From: a virus
Reading direction: 5' to 3' (one strand)
IMG/VR virus record: IMGVR_UViG_3300050196_000201
Location: 1 to 46,628 of that record
DNA: 46,628 nucleotides
Shown here: positions 1 to 6,963 of the stretch, piece by piece
Layout of the letters: each line of letters starts with the position of its first letter
Numbering within the stretch: position 1 is the stretch's first letter
Program-made: the position numbers and the translations under genes
The notes under the pieces: model-generated
What the model was told of the DNA's origin: nothing
The model's database searches: none
What the model saw: only the letters and a program-made list of their open reading frames with translations

Positions 1-127
1 AATCAAGCGCAACACAATTTTTAATCACTTCAAATTTTAATCTCATGCCAAATACAGCCCAAACAATCTTAGAACAATTAAACCCCCTTATCGAAATCGC
101 ATCTAAAATGATTTTAGCTGGCGTCTT
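1..127. repeat. Terminal overlap. Bases 1-127 are identical to 46502-46628 (period 46501), so the genome is circularly closed or terminally redundant
   Basis: Direct comparison of the two window ends. The ATG at 45 recurs at 46546, and every base to the end of the window matches. Confidence 0.9.
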
Positions 128-245
128 AAAAAAGAACGCAATATTACACTTTACAAATAAGGGCTTCCCGTTTGCAGCCGCTGAAAATATTGTAGATATG
201 GCAGCAATAAGAGCTGAAAACTTTTTACACAATAAAGCAAGATAA
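45..245 (+). CDS. Hypothetical 66-aa protein, copy A of a duplicated gene
   Basis: ATG start behind the conserved promoter/5'UTR cassette. A paralog lies at 39843..40043 with 5 nt differences, 3 of them synonymous, which suggests a real coding gene. Confidence 0.6.
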   Translation: MPNTAQTILEQLNPLIEIASKMILAGVLKKNAILHFTNKGFPFAAAENIVDMAAIRAENFLHNKAR

Positions 246-279
246 AACTCACTTAACCCTTTGCAAAACCAAAATAAAT

Positions 280-951
280 ATGAATAACCTGCAAATATTA
301 ATCGCTTGCGAAGAAAGCCAAGCCGTTACAATCGAATTTAGAAAGCGAGGTTTTGAGGCGTATAGCTGTGACCTACAAGATTGCAGCGGCGGACATCCGG
401 AATGGCACTATAAAGAAGATGTTTTTAGTGTGATAGAAAGTAAGCAATGGGATTTAATGATAGCTTTTCCACCTTGCACACATTTAGCAGTAAGCGGTGC
501 ACGTCACTTTAAAGAAAAGCAAGCAGACGGACGGCAACAACAAGCAATAGACTTCTTTCTTAAACTTGCTAATGTAGATATACCTAGAATAGCCTTAGAG
601 AACCCTATCGGAATAATGAGTAAGTTTTATAAAAAGCCTAGTCAGATAATCCAACCCTACTACTTTGGCGACCCATTCCAAAAAACGACCTGTTTATGGC
701 TTAAAAACTTGCCACTATTGGTACATAATAAATCACTTGATTTATTTACCGATACCGTAACGCATAACAGCGATAGAGGCGAATTTGTGGAATGGGTAGA
801 TAAAAAGACAGGGAAGACTAAACGCCAGGCTTTATGGTATTATGAAGCGTTGCTACAAGCTAAGACAGAAGAGGAACGCAGCCTTTTACGCTCTAAAACC
901 TTCCCCGGCATAGCTCGTGCAATGGCTGAACAGTGGAGTAGAATAAAGTAA
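280..951 (+). CDS. DNA cytosine-C5 methyltransferase-like protein (small phage Dcm-like type)
   Basis: 'IAFPPCTHLAVSG' matches the catalytic Pro-Cys motif IV and 'ALENP' matches the ENV-like motif VI. A canonical FxGxG motif I is not evident and no obvious target-recognition domain is present (223 aa). Confidence 0.6.
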   Translation: MNNLQILIACEESQAVTIEFRKRGFEAYSCDLQDCSGGHPEWHYKEDVFSVIESKQWDLMIAFPPCTHLAVSGARHFKEKQADGRQQQAIDFFLKLANVDIPRIALENPIGIMSKFYKKPSQIIQPYYFGDPFQKTTCLWLKNLPLLVHNKSLDLFTDTVTHNSDRGEFVEWVDKKTGKTKRQALWYYEALLQAKTEEERSLLRSKTFPGIARAMAEQWSRIK

Positions 952-969
952 AATACTTCACTCCGATAC

Positions 970-999
970 TTGCAAATCCGAAATAAAGCGTTATCTTTG
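970..999 (+). promoter_or_regulatory. Bacteroidota-type promoter (-33-like TTG 970-972; -7 TAtcTTTG 992-999)
   Basis: TAnnTTTG box lies 19 nt after a cTTGc element, in the intergenic region after the stop at 951. Confidence 0.5.
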
Positions 1000-1004
1000 C
1001 AGGG

Positions 1005-1207
1005 TCAAAAGTGATGAAAGTTGTAGGTAGTGCGAGAGTTGAGAGGCTTGTAATACCGTTATAGATACAACGTATAAAACAGATATAATTTATTTTTCAA
1101 TAGCCTCTAAGGTTATTTGAAGTCGTAGGATAGGCGGTGCAGCTATAGCACTCTCTCAAATTTCCTATACCTGCGACTTGAAATAATTTTAGAGGCGTTT
1201 TTTGTTT
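1005..1207 (+). ncRNA. Structured leader or small RNA upstream of the GIY-YIG gene
   Basis: About 200 nt without a long ORF between the promoter and ATG 1209. It contains a 32-bp hairpin with G-U pairs valid only on the + strand, a 17-nt direct repeat and a 16-codon mini-ORF (1014-1064). Confidence 0.4.
1103..1207 (+). terminator. Very long intrinsic-terminator-like hairpin plus U tract
   Basis: Arm 1103-1134 pairs with arm 1164-1196 (28 WC pairs, 3 GU pairs, 1 mismatch, 1 bulge). An inner GTGC/GCAC hairpin is present, and the stem is followed by gTTTTTTgTTTT, ending 1 nt before ATG 1209. Confidence 0.5.
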
Positions 1208-1208
1208 T

Positions 1209-1844
1209 ATGGCTAAACGTTATATACAGGACGAGACGCATTTTTTCAACTTCTTAGCTAAGTATTGCGATGGTGAATCATTTAGATGCTTACTTGAATC
1301 TAACCAAGCAGAACAAGCGGCGCAACTGCTAAAAAGTATCTATGACGATACCGATAAACTAAATAGGTTTACTTATGCCATAAAGCAAGACAACCCCGAC
1401 TTATCCTTGTCCTATCTTATTACTTTCAATTCATTTGTAAAGCCTCAATATGATGAGTTTATTAATGCTGAAAGGAATTTTGGAATAGAAAACTTTGAAG
1501 AGTTTAAGCAAATGATAATAGAAAGCCTTTACAACAAGTGCGGCGTCTATATTTTTTCTAGTGGCGAAAAACCAAACATCGTTTATCACTATGTAGGCTT
1601 TTCGGTTTCATTGCATAACAGGGTAATTACGTCACTTAGGGAGCGATTTAAAGGACTTCCCGAAAGGTTTACTATTTCAATAGTTGAGAATTACAGCGAG
1701 GTAGATTGTGCAATGCTTGAAATTTACCTTATAAGCAAGCTTAAACCGCTACTAAATAAACAGTCTAAATTTGAGGGAGAAAGCACCTTATTAAGCAACT
1801 TTAATCCCGAAGTAACCCTATCATTTAATGTAATAAAATCCTAA
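1209..1844 (+). CDS. GIY-YIG nuclease domain protein (homing-endonuclease-like, catalytic domain C-terminal)
   Basis: 'CGVYIF' (GIY), then 'YHYVGFS' (YIG), then 'LHNRV' (Arg), then 'MLEIYLISKLKPLLN' (Glu/Asn) occur in canonical order. Confidence 0.6.
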   Translation: MAKRYIQDETHFFNFLAKYCDGESFRCLLESNQAEQAAQLLKSIYDDTDKLNRFTYAIKQDNPDLSLSYLITFNSFVKPQYDEFINAERNFGIENFEEFKQMIIESLYNKCGVYIFSSGEKPNIVYHYVGFSVSLHNRVITSLRERFKGLPERFTISIVENYSEVDCAMLEIYLISKLKPLLNKQSKFEGESTLLSNFNPEVTLSFNVIKS

Positions 1845-1847
1845 GTC

Positions 1848-2849
1848 ATGGCAAAAAGTAAAAAAGATAAAGACCAGCAAAGGGCGTTTAAAGGCATTTG
1901 GATTCCAGCAGAAGTTTGGGTAAGCGCTGAAATTACAATGCAGGAGAAACTATTCTTAGTTGAAATAGACAGCCTAGATAATGAAGATGGTTGTTATGCT
2001 AGTAATCAATATTTTTCGGACTTCTTTGGAATATCGAAAGTTAGAGTAAGCGAGGTCATTAGTTCACTAATTTTCAAAGGATTCTTAGTATCCAATATTG
2101 ACAAGTCAGAAGGCAACGAGCGGACTATTAGAGTAGTAAAGACTAGAATGCAAGCTCTTAAAGATTCCTTTAAGACCCTCGAAAACAAAAGTTTAAGAGG
2201 GTCACAAACAAACCTTAAAGAGGGTATTAAAGAAACCTTTACCTCAAAGAGTAATCCAAGTAGTAATCCAAGTAGTAATCCAGTCAAAGAGAGTAAAAGT
2301 GTCGTAACCGACACACCCCCACTCTCTCAAACATCGGAATCAAAAACGAACAGTTCAGAAAAAACGGAAAAGCCGATTAATCTCGATTCTGTAAATTCCG
2401 AAAAAAGCACGGATAAAAAACCAAACTCGGGGGGCGGCGGCGAAAAAAATGTTGATAAGTCTGTTAGTTTAGATATTGACAAGGATATTGCGCCGAAAGG
2501 TTTAACGCCCGATAAGGTAGATTTTATCTTTTTAGAAGCTTCTCGAATTACAACGCCTGAAATAATCGCTAAATTTGCCTTATGGCACGAGCGTAGAGCA
2601 ACGAAAACGAAAGGCGTGCGTAGTTGTAAGCATTACCAAAAGATAATGTCTAAAATCGCAAATAGCGACCTCGAATTACATGAGATAATACAAGGCTTAG
2701 ATATGGCTTATGAAAGCACTTGGACAGGGCTTGAAATCGACTGGATTAAAAATAAAACACGTACAAAACAAACACAACAAAATGGAACTTCAAAGCTCGA
2801 ACAACAAAAACAACACATTGCCGATAGCCCATTTTTCAAAGGCTTGTAA
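1848..2849 (+). CDS. Putative replication-initiator/replisome-organiser-like protein (N-terminal wHTH) with a low-complexity linker
   Basis: The N-terminus 'IWIPAEVW..EKLFLVEIDSL..CYASNQYFSDFFGISKVRVSEVISSL' resembles phage initiator/DnaD-type wHTH domains. The middle third is rich in S/N/P/K. This is motif-level only. Confidence 0.45.
   Translation: MAKSKKDKDQQRAFKGIWIPAEVWVSAEITMQEKLFLVEIDSLDNEDGCYASNQYFSDFFGISKVRVSEVISSLIFKGFLVSNIDKSEGNERTIRVVKTRMQALKDSFKTLENKSLRGSQTNLKEGIKETFTSKSNPSSNPSSNPVKESKSVVTDTPPLSQTSESKTNSSEKTEKPINLDSVNSEKSTDKKPNSGGGGEKNVDKSVSLDIDKDIAPKGLTPDKVDFIFLEASRITTPEIIAKFALWHERRATKTKGVRSCKHYQKIMSKIANSDLELHEIIQGLDMAYESTWTGLEIDWIKNKTRTKQTQQNGTSKLEQQKQHIADSPFFKGL
2250..2282 (+). 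repeat. Tandem 12-nt repeat (agtaatccaagt x2.75) encoding SNPSSNPSSNP
   Basis: Read directly from the sequence, inside the linker of ORF 1848..2849. Confidence 0.8.
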
Positions 2850-3936
2850 TGAGATAGCGACAATACAGGATTATAATATCTTACATCTCGAAGGTAAATT
2901 CAAGGCATTAAAAGCCGATATAATCCTATCCGATGCGATTGAGCGGAACAGTACAATGTCCTTAGATGAGTTTATCAATAACACCTGCACGGGCGGCAGT
3001 ACTAAACAGCGTAACGCCTTAGCTCGAAAGTTGAGTATCAAAGACGGTTTAGCCTTAGAAAGTACGGAAGCTTTAATCAATAAGGCAAAAGATAAAGCAG
3101 TTGCTATGCGAATTTATGACAAGTGCGTAGCAGATAATATTATCTTATTAGCTGAATCTTTCGGCTGCGAGTTTAGGGGGGATTTACAAGACGTCGCAGA
3201 CGTGCTGCGAAATAGCTACAAGTATTTTAGCTTACTAGACTGGACTTTGTTTTTCAGCTATGCAAAAGACGGACGGTATAAGACAGAGTTCCAAAACATT
3301 TCAGTCCGTGGCATTAACTTAGAGTTCCTTAACGACTGGATTAAGCAGTATGATAGCGAAAGAGATGAAGCGATAGCGCAAGTCAATAGCGACTTTAAGC
3401 ACTATATTAGCTCTTTACCGACGGATGTAACAAGCGGCTTCTTAGAAAAACAAAAGCTTAATGTAGAAAAGACCGCTAAACTTGATGCGATACGTGACCG
3501 ATGGCATAAAAACAAGCCCTCGCTTAAAGATGAGATTTCTGTTTTCTCTCGAATTGTAAGCCTGAACCGAAAGGATATTTTAGAGTATTTACTCTCTAAA
3601 TACAATCCCGAACTAGGCGAAAAGGAAAAGTTTCTACAAGCGGCGTTTAAGTCATTCCGCTACAATGCGCTTAAATTAAAAGGCTTTGACTTGGTATTTA
3701 ATTTTATGCAATCTTATGAAAAAGACGGTCGCAAAGTTGAGGACGCGCAAGGACAACTAGCAAAGGTTTCTGAAATGTGCGATACTGCTTGGCTCAAATA
3801 TCGTGATGGTGCGATTGAGTTTGCAGAAGTATCAAAAGAGCCGTTCTTTGCATCAAATAAGAAAGAGTTCATTTTAGAGTATGGAATCAAATTTATCATT
3901 CAACAGGGCGGCGAAAACCCTATAAAGCTAATCTAA
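2782..3936 (+). CDS. Hypothetical protein (start uncertain: in-frame ATG at 2710, 2782 and 2956)
   Basis: Long ORF co-directional with its neighbours. It overlaps the upstream ORF end (2849) unless 2956 is the start. No Walker or other motif was recognised. Confidence 0.5.
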   Translation: MELQSSNNKNNTLPIAHFSKACNEIATIQDYNILHLEGKFKALKADIILSDAIERNSTMSLDEFINNTCTGGSTKQRNALARKLSIKDGLALESTEALINKAKDKAVAMRIYDKCVADNIILLAESFGCEFRGDLQDVADVLRNSYKYFSLLDWTLFFSYAKDGRYKTEFQNISVRGINLEFLNDWIKQYDSERDEAIAQVNSDFKHYISSLPTDVTSGFLEKQKLNVEKTAKLDAIRDRWHKNKPSLKDEISVFSRIVSLNRKDILEYLLSKYNPELGEKEKFLQAAFKSFRYNALKLKGFDLVFNFMQSYEKDGRKVEDAQGQLAKVSEMCDTAWLKYRDGAIEFAEVSKEPFFASNKKEFILEYGIKFIIQQGGENPIKLI

Positions 3937-4334
3937 TGACAAAAGAGAATATTGAAAACTTCATATCACTTTGCAAGGTTTTTGAGCTTAACCCAACAGC
4001 GGCGCAAATCAGTAAATATATGACGGATAAATTTGCAGAACATGGAATCTTTGCGGAGCTTTTGCCCACGCCTGAAATAAAGCGCATAAGGGAAATGCTA
4101 TCTACACTAAGTAACGACCCTGAGTTATACGAACTTCGCCGCCGTCAATGCGCTGTAATGCTTATTTGTATGAGCGATACAAGAAAGCGATATATTGAGA
4201 AGGTCAAAAGTGCGCCTAAGCAAAACTTGCAAATAGGGTTTGTATGTGTAAATTGTGGAAATATTCACATTGCGATTAACAAGCCTGAAACGTGCGCTTG
4301 CGATGCGCCTAAATATATCAAAAACATTTTATAA
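3936..4334 (+). CDS. Hypothetical protein with a C-terminal Cys cluster (CVNCGN..CACD)
   Basis: TAATG stop/start overlap with the upstream ORF. Possible zinc ribbon. Confidence 0.5.
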   Translation: MTKENIENFISLCKVFELNPTAAQISKYMTDKFAEHGIFAELLPTPEIKRIREMLSTLSNDPELYELRRRQCAVMLICMSDTRKRYIEKVKSAPKQNLQIGFVCVNCGNIHIAINKPETCACDAPKYIKNIL

Positions 4335-4351
4335 TTTTTAAATTCAAAGCA

Positions 4352-4555
4352 ATGGCAAAAGCATTAAAAAAATATCCAAACGGGCTATCTCTTAGATACT
4401 TAAAAACATCAAGCAAGTACTTTATCACATTTGGCGTTATGCACATTCTAATCAATGAAAAGTATAATCATGGCTTTGAAACGATAGAGCAAGCAGACGC
4501 AATGAATGAAAAATTAAAACCAGTCCCTTACTACTCTCATAAATTTACTACTTAG
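4352..4555 (+). CDS. Hypothetical protein
   Basis: ATG preceded by the AAATTCAAA motif (4340-4348). Part of the packed + strand array. Confidence 0.45.
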   Translation: MAKALKKYPNGLSLRYLKTSSKYFITFGVMHILINEKYNHGFETIEQADAMNEKLKPVPYYSHKFTT

Positions 4556-4557
4556 CA

Positions 4558-4797
4558 ATGGCAAACGAAAACCTCATTTTTGGCTTATCAGAAAGTCAAA
4601 TACAAAAAATAGAATACGACTTGCAAACGTGGCAAGCGGGTGCATTACCTAATCCTAAGTATAACCGCTTCGTTTGGGTGCGACTAGGCAATGAATTAGG
4701 CTGGGATAGTTTGGCGTTGAGCCTTGCTTATTTCAAGTATGTAGAAAGTAAAAACATTAACCCCTTAAATCAAATTCAAAATGAAAAGACCGATTAA
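4558..4797 (+). CDS. Hypothetical protein
   Basis: ATG lies 2 nt after the upstream stop. Co-directional array. Confidence 0.45.
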   Translation: MANENLIFGLSESQIQKIEYDLQTWQAGALPNPKYNRFVWVRLGNELGWDSLALSLAYFKYVESKNINPLNQIQNEKTD

Positions 4798-5194
4798 ATT
4801 TGAATACGGCTTTGAGTCCGTAAATGGTATCGTTAAAAAGGTGTATGAATTGCATGAGATACCAAACATAAAAGAAAAGTGCGATGTTTGGGGTGTGCTG
4901 CCTATTAAGTACGTTCGTCAGTTCACAGGCTTAACCGATAAGAACGGGCGTGAGATATACGAGGGAGATATAGTAAAGGCAAAAACAGTTTATCATTCCG
5001 CTTTTAATAAACCCGAATCTATTTTTTCAATCAGTTTCCAAAATGGAACTTTCGTATTTATTAATATAAAGGGTTCTATTGAAAGACAATGGTCTGACGG
5101 CAATAACGAATGGTATTCTATTGAGAATATAGAGACGTTTGAAATTGAAATTATAGGAAGTATCTACGAAAACCCTGAACTTTTAACTCTATAA
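4781..5194 (+). CDS. YopX-family protein
   Basis: 'FTGLTDKNGREIYEGDIV' and the C-terminal 'IIGSIYENPELL' are characteristic YopX signatures. Confidence 0.7.
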   Translation: MKRPIKFEYGFESVNGIVKKVYELHEIPNIKEKCDVWGVLPIKYVRQFTGLTDKNGREIYEGDIVKAKTVYHSAFNKPESIFSISFQNGTFVFINIKGSIERQWSDGNNEWYSIENIETFEIEIIGSIYENPELLTL

Positions 5195-5222
5195 ATCCAA
5201 AACCATGAATAACCAAGAATAA

Positions 5223-5600
5223 CCGATTGATTTATCCAAAGCCTATGTAGGTCAAATAGTAACATTTAGAAACGGCGAAACCGATACGCTTCTTTGTGCT
5301 ACATCTCAAAATGAATCAGCCAGAATGTACGATGTGTTATTTGCAGGGTATAGGCACCCGTTTAAATTAGAATATACTCACAATGGGCTTAGGTATCCAC
5401 GGCAAAAAACCGAAGTAGATATTATAAGCCTATCCGACCCTATCCAAGTCCAAGTCGCAAGTATTGAGGGGGAAATTAAGGGGCTTGAATTTATATTACC
5501 GCTACTTAGTATTTATTTTATGGCAAAGCGTACCGTTCAAATTAAGATTGACGAGCTGAAAGACCAACTAAATGCCCTGACTAATGAAGGTAACAATTAA
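5223..5600 (+). CDS. Hypothetical protein carrying the recurrent ~70-aa domain; start codon unresolved
   Basis: The frame is open from 5223 and the first in-frame ATG is at 5325. The stretch upstream of that ATG encodes the domain motif 'VGQIVTFRNG'. ATG 5205, in a canonical context, is in the same frame but is followed by TAA at 5220. Confidence 0.45.
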   Translation, partial: PIDLSKAYVGQIVTFRNGETDTLLCATSQNESARMYDVLFAGYRHPFKLEYTHNGLRYPRQKTEVDIISLSDPIQVQVASIEGEIKGLEFILPLLSIYFMAKRTVQIKIDELKDQLNALTNEGNN

Positions 5601-6033
5601 GGCAAGCGCATTCCGCAAAGACGACACCGTCCGAAAAGCAATAGCAGCCTTTTTGGACAGTTGTAAGCCTGACCAGTTTATCTCATTTGAGATAAAGAAA
5701 ACAAAGGCGGTTACACTTGCTCAATACGGTTACTTATACGGTGTTGTATATCCTTGTATAGCGGCATTCTATCAATCCGTAAACGGTTCGCCTATCTCGA
5801 TTGACGACATCGATAACGAGATGAAAGAAATGTTTTGGAATACGCCCGTACAAGGGATTAATGGTAAGGTTGTAAAGTATCGAGCTAATACCAAAACTAA
5901 AATGAATCGAGATGAGTTAGGTAGCTATATCGACAAAGTAATTAGTTGGGCTACTGATAATTTAGGGTGCGAGATACCACCGCCCGCAAAGAATGAGGAA
6001 GACCAAGCATTTTTTGAGCAAATTGATTATTAA
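5584..6033 (+). CDS. Hypothetical protein, weakly NinB/Orf-like
   Basis: Size is about 149 aa. Segments 'TLAQYGYLYGVVY' and 'MNRDELGSYIDKVISWATDNLGCEIP' loosely recall lambda NinB. This is a tentative recollection only. Confidence 0.3.
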   Translation: MKVTIKASAFRKDDTVRKAIAAFLDSCKPDQFISFEIKKTKAVTLAQYGYLYGVVYPCIAAFYQSVNGSPISIDDIDNEMKEMFWNTPVQGINGKVVKYRANTKTKMNRDELGSYIDKVISWATDNLGCEIPPPAKNEEDQAFFEQIDY

Positions 6034-6109
6034 GTTGTAAAAATATGCGCTTTGATTATCAATCAGTTACAATTTATTTTCATTTTTTGTAAAAATAATT
6101 GATATAAAA

Positions 6110-6141
6110 TTTGCATCATAAATTAAAGCGTTGTACTTTTG
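6110..6141 (+). promoter_or_regulatory. Bacteroidota-type promoter (TTTG 6110-6113; TActTTTG 6134-6141)
   Basis: -33/-7 boxes with a 20-nt spacer, in an AT-rich intergenic region upstream of the tRNA cluster. Confidence 0.55.
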
Positions 6142-6144
6142 CAT

Positions 6145-6230
6145 GGCATTTGAGAGTAATAGAAGCGAATAAAGACAGGTTTTTTAGAGTGGGTTAATTG
6201 GTTGCCGCTCGCTACGGCGGGCGGCTTTTT
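6145..6230 (+). ncRNA. Candidate ~85-nt small RNA or tRNA-operon leader
   Basis: Lies between the promoter at 6110-6141 and the strong terminator hairpin at 6204-6230, and has no ORF. Confidence 0.3.
6204..6230 (+). terminator. Intrinsic terminator
   Basis: 9-bp GC-rich stem GCCGCUCGC/GCGGGCGGC (one U-G pair) with a UACG tetraloop, followed by TTTTT. Confidence 0.7.
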
Positions 6231-6235
6231 GAAAC

Positions 6236-6316
6236 GGAGGTATGGTGGAATGGCAGACACGCAAAGCTTAGAACTTTGTATCGAAAGATATGCCCGTTCG
6301 AGTCGGGATACCCTCA
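6236..6316 (+). tRNA. tRNA-Leu (anticodon TAG), type II
   Basis: Acceptor GGAGGTA/TACCCTC (one A-C mismatch). Anticodon stem CAAAG/CTTTG with loop CTTAGAA. Long variable arm TATC-GAAA-GATA. T loop TTCGAGT. CCA is not encoded. Confidence 0.75.
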
Positions 6317-6412
6317 CGATTAGTTTTTAAAGCGTACCTTTTGTATCGTTTTACTTGCTATTTAATTGTCGAACAAAAACCGCTGCAAGTACTGGTAATA
6401 TTTGCGGCAAAT

Positions 6413-6488
6413 GTTGAAGTACTCAATATTGGTTATGAGATGCGTCTGCAAAACGCATTAAATTAGGGTTCAATTCCCTACTTCAACT
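6413..6488 (+). tRNA. tRNA-Cys (anticodon GCA)
   Basis: Acceptor GTTGAAG/CTTCAAC. D stem CTCA/TGAG. Anticodon stem TGCGT/ACGCA with loop CTGCAAA. T arm TAGGG-TTCAATT-CCCTA. Discriminator is T. Confidence 0.85.
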
Positions 6489-6495
6489 CAAAAAT

Positions 6496-6578
6496 GGATA
6501 GTGAACTTGACTGGGTCAAGGCTTGTCTTGAAAACAAAGCGATGGTAATACATTAGAGTTCGATTCTTTCGCTATCCG
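6496..6578 (+). tRNA. tRNA-Ser (anticodon TGA), type II
   Basis: Acceptor GGATAGT/GCTATCC. Anticodon loop CTTGAAA. Long variable arm. T loop TTCGATT. Discriminator is G. Confidence 0.8.
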
Positions 6579-6583
6579 CTTAC

Positions 6584-6664
6584 AGAGGGTAAAATAGACT
6601 GGGTTTATGTCCGTTTGCTAAACGTGACGTTCTATTGAATACGGTTCGATTCCGTTGCCCTCTG
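6584..6664 (+). tRNA. tRNA-Ser (anticodon GCT), type II, with an irregular anticodon stem
   Basis: Acceptor AGAGGGT/GCCCTCT. Loop TTGCTAA. The stem TCCGT/ACGTG has one mismatch and one GU pair, and an alternative 5-bp CGTTT/AAACG pairing exists. T arm TACGG-TTCGATT-CCGTT. Confidence 0.6.
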
Positions 6665-6698
6665 CGATTAAAAATTTGGTAAATAATTTGAAGTATTC

Positions 6699-6728
6699 AG
6701 CCCTAGCCGTAAGGTCGGGGCTAAATTT
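6699..6728 (+). terminator. Weak hairpin after the tRNA cluster
   Basis: AGCCC..GGGCT stem followed by aaattt. The U tract is poor. Confidence 0.3.
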
Positions 6729-6734
6729 AGAACT

Positions 6735-6950
6735 ATGCAGAACGAAAAAAGAGAAGCGCACGAGATAGTGCAAGCGTTACACGACAAGCTAAACAGCAAG
6801 CCGCCTTATAAAGTATCTTTTCACGATATAGACCGCCTTATAGATGCGCCGCTTGGCACTTGTCGCAATATTCGAGACCGAAAGACTAAGGATAGCAGCT
6901 ACTTAGATGCGCTTGTTAGGATTGAAAAACAATATCACATGACCATATAA
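6735..6950 (+). CDS. Hypothetical protein
   Basis: ATG-initiated 71-aa ORF directly after the tRNA cluster. Confidence 0.45.
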   Translation: MQNEKREAHEIVQALHDKLNSKPPYKVSFHDIDRLIDAPLGTCRNIRDRKTKDSSYLDALVRIEKQYHMTI

Positions 6951-6963
6951 ATTCAAAAAGCAA

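Noticed and set aside
2095-2490. ATATTGACAAG repeated at 2095-2105 and 2473-2483 (plus GATATTG at 2484-2490) as replication-origin iterons inside the initiator gene
   Set aside because: There are only two full copies, both in frame and encoding I-D-K. That is insufficient to distinguish iterons from coincidental coding repeats.
6123-6317. Minus-strand 64-aa ORF
   Set aside because: It lies antisense across the promoter, terminator and tRNA-Leu gene. Its composition is implausible, and the region is fully explained by RNA features.
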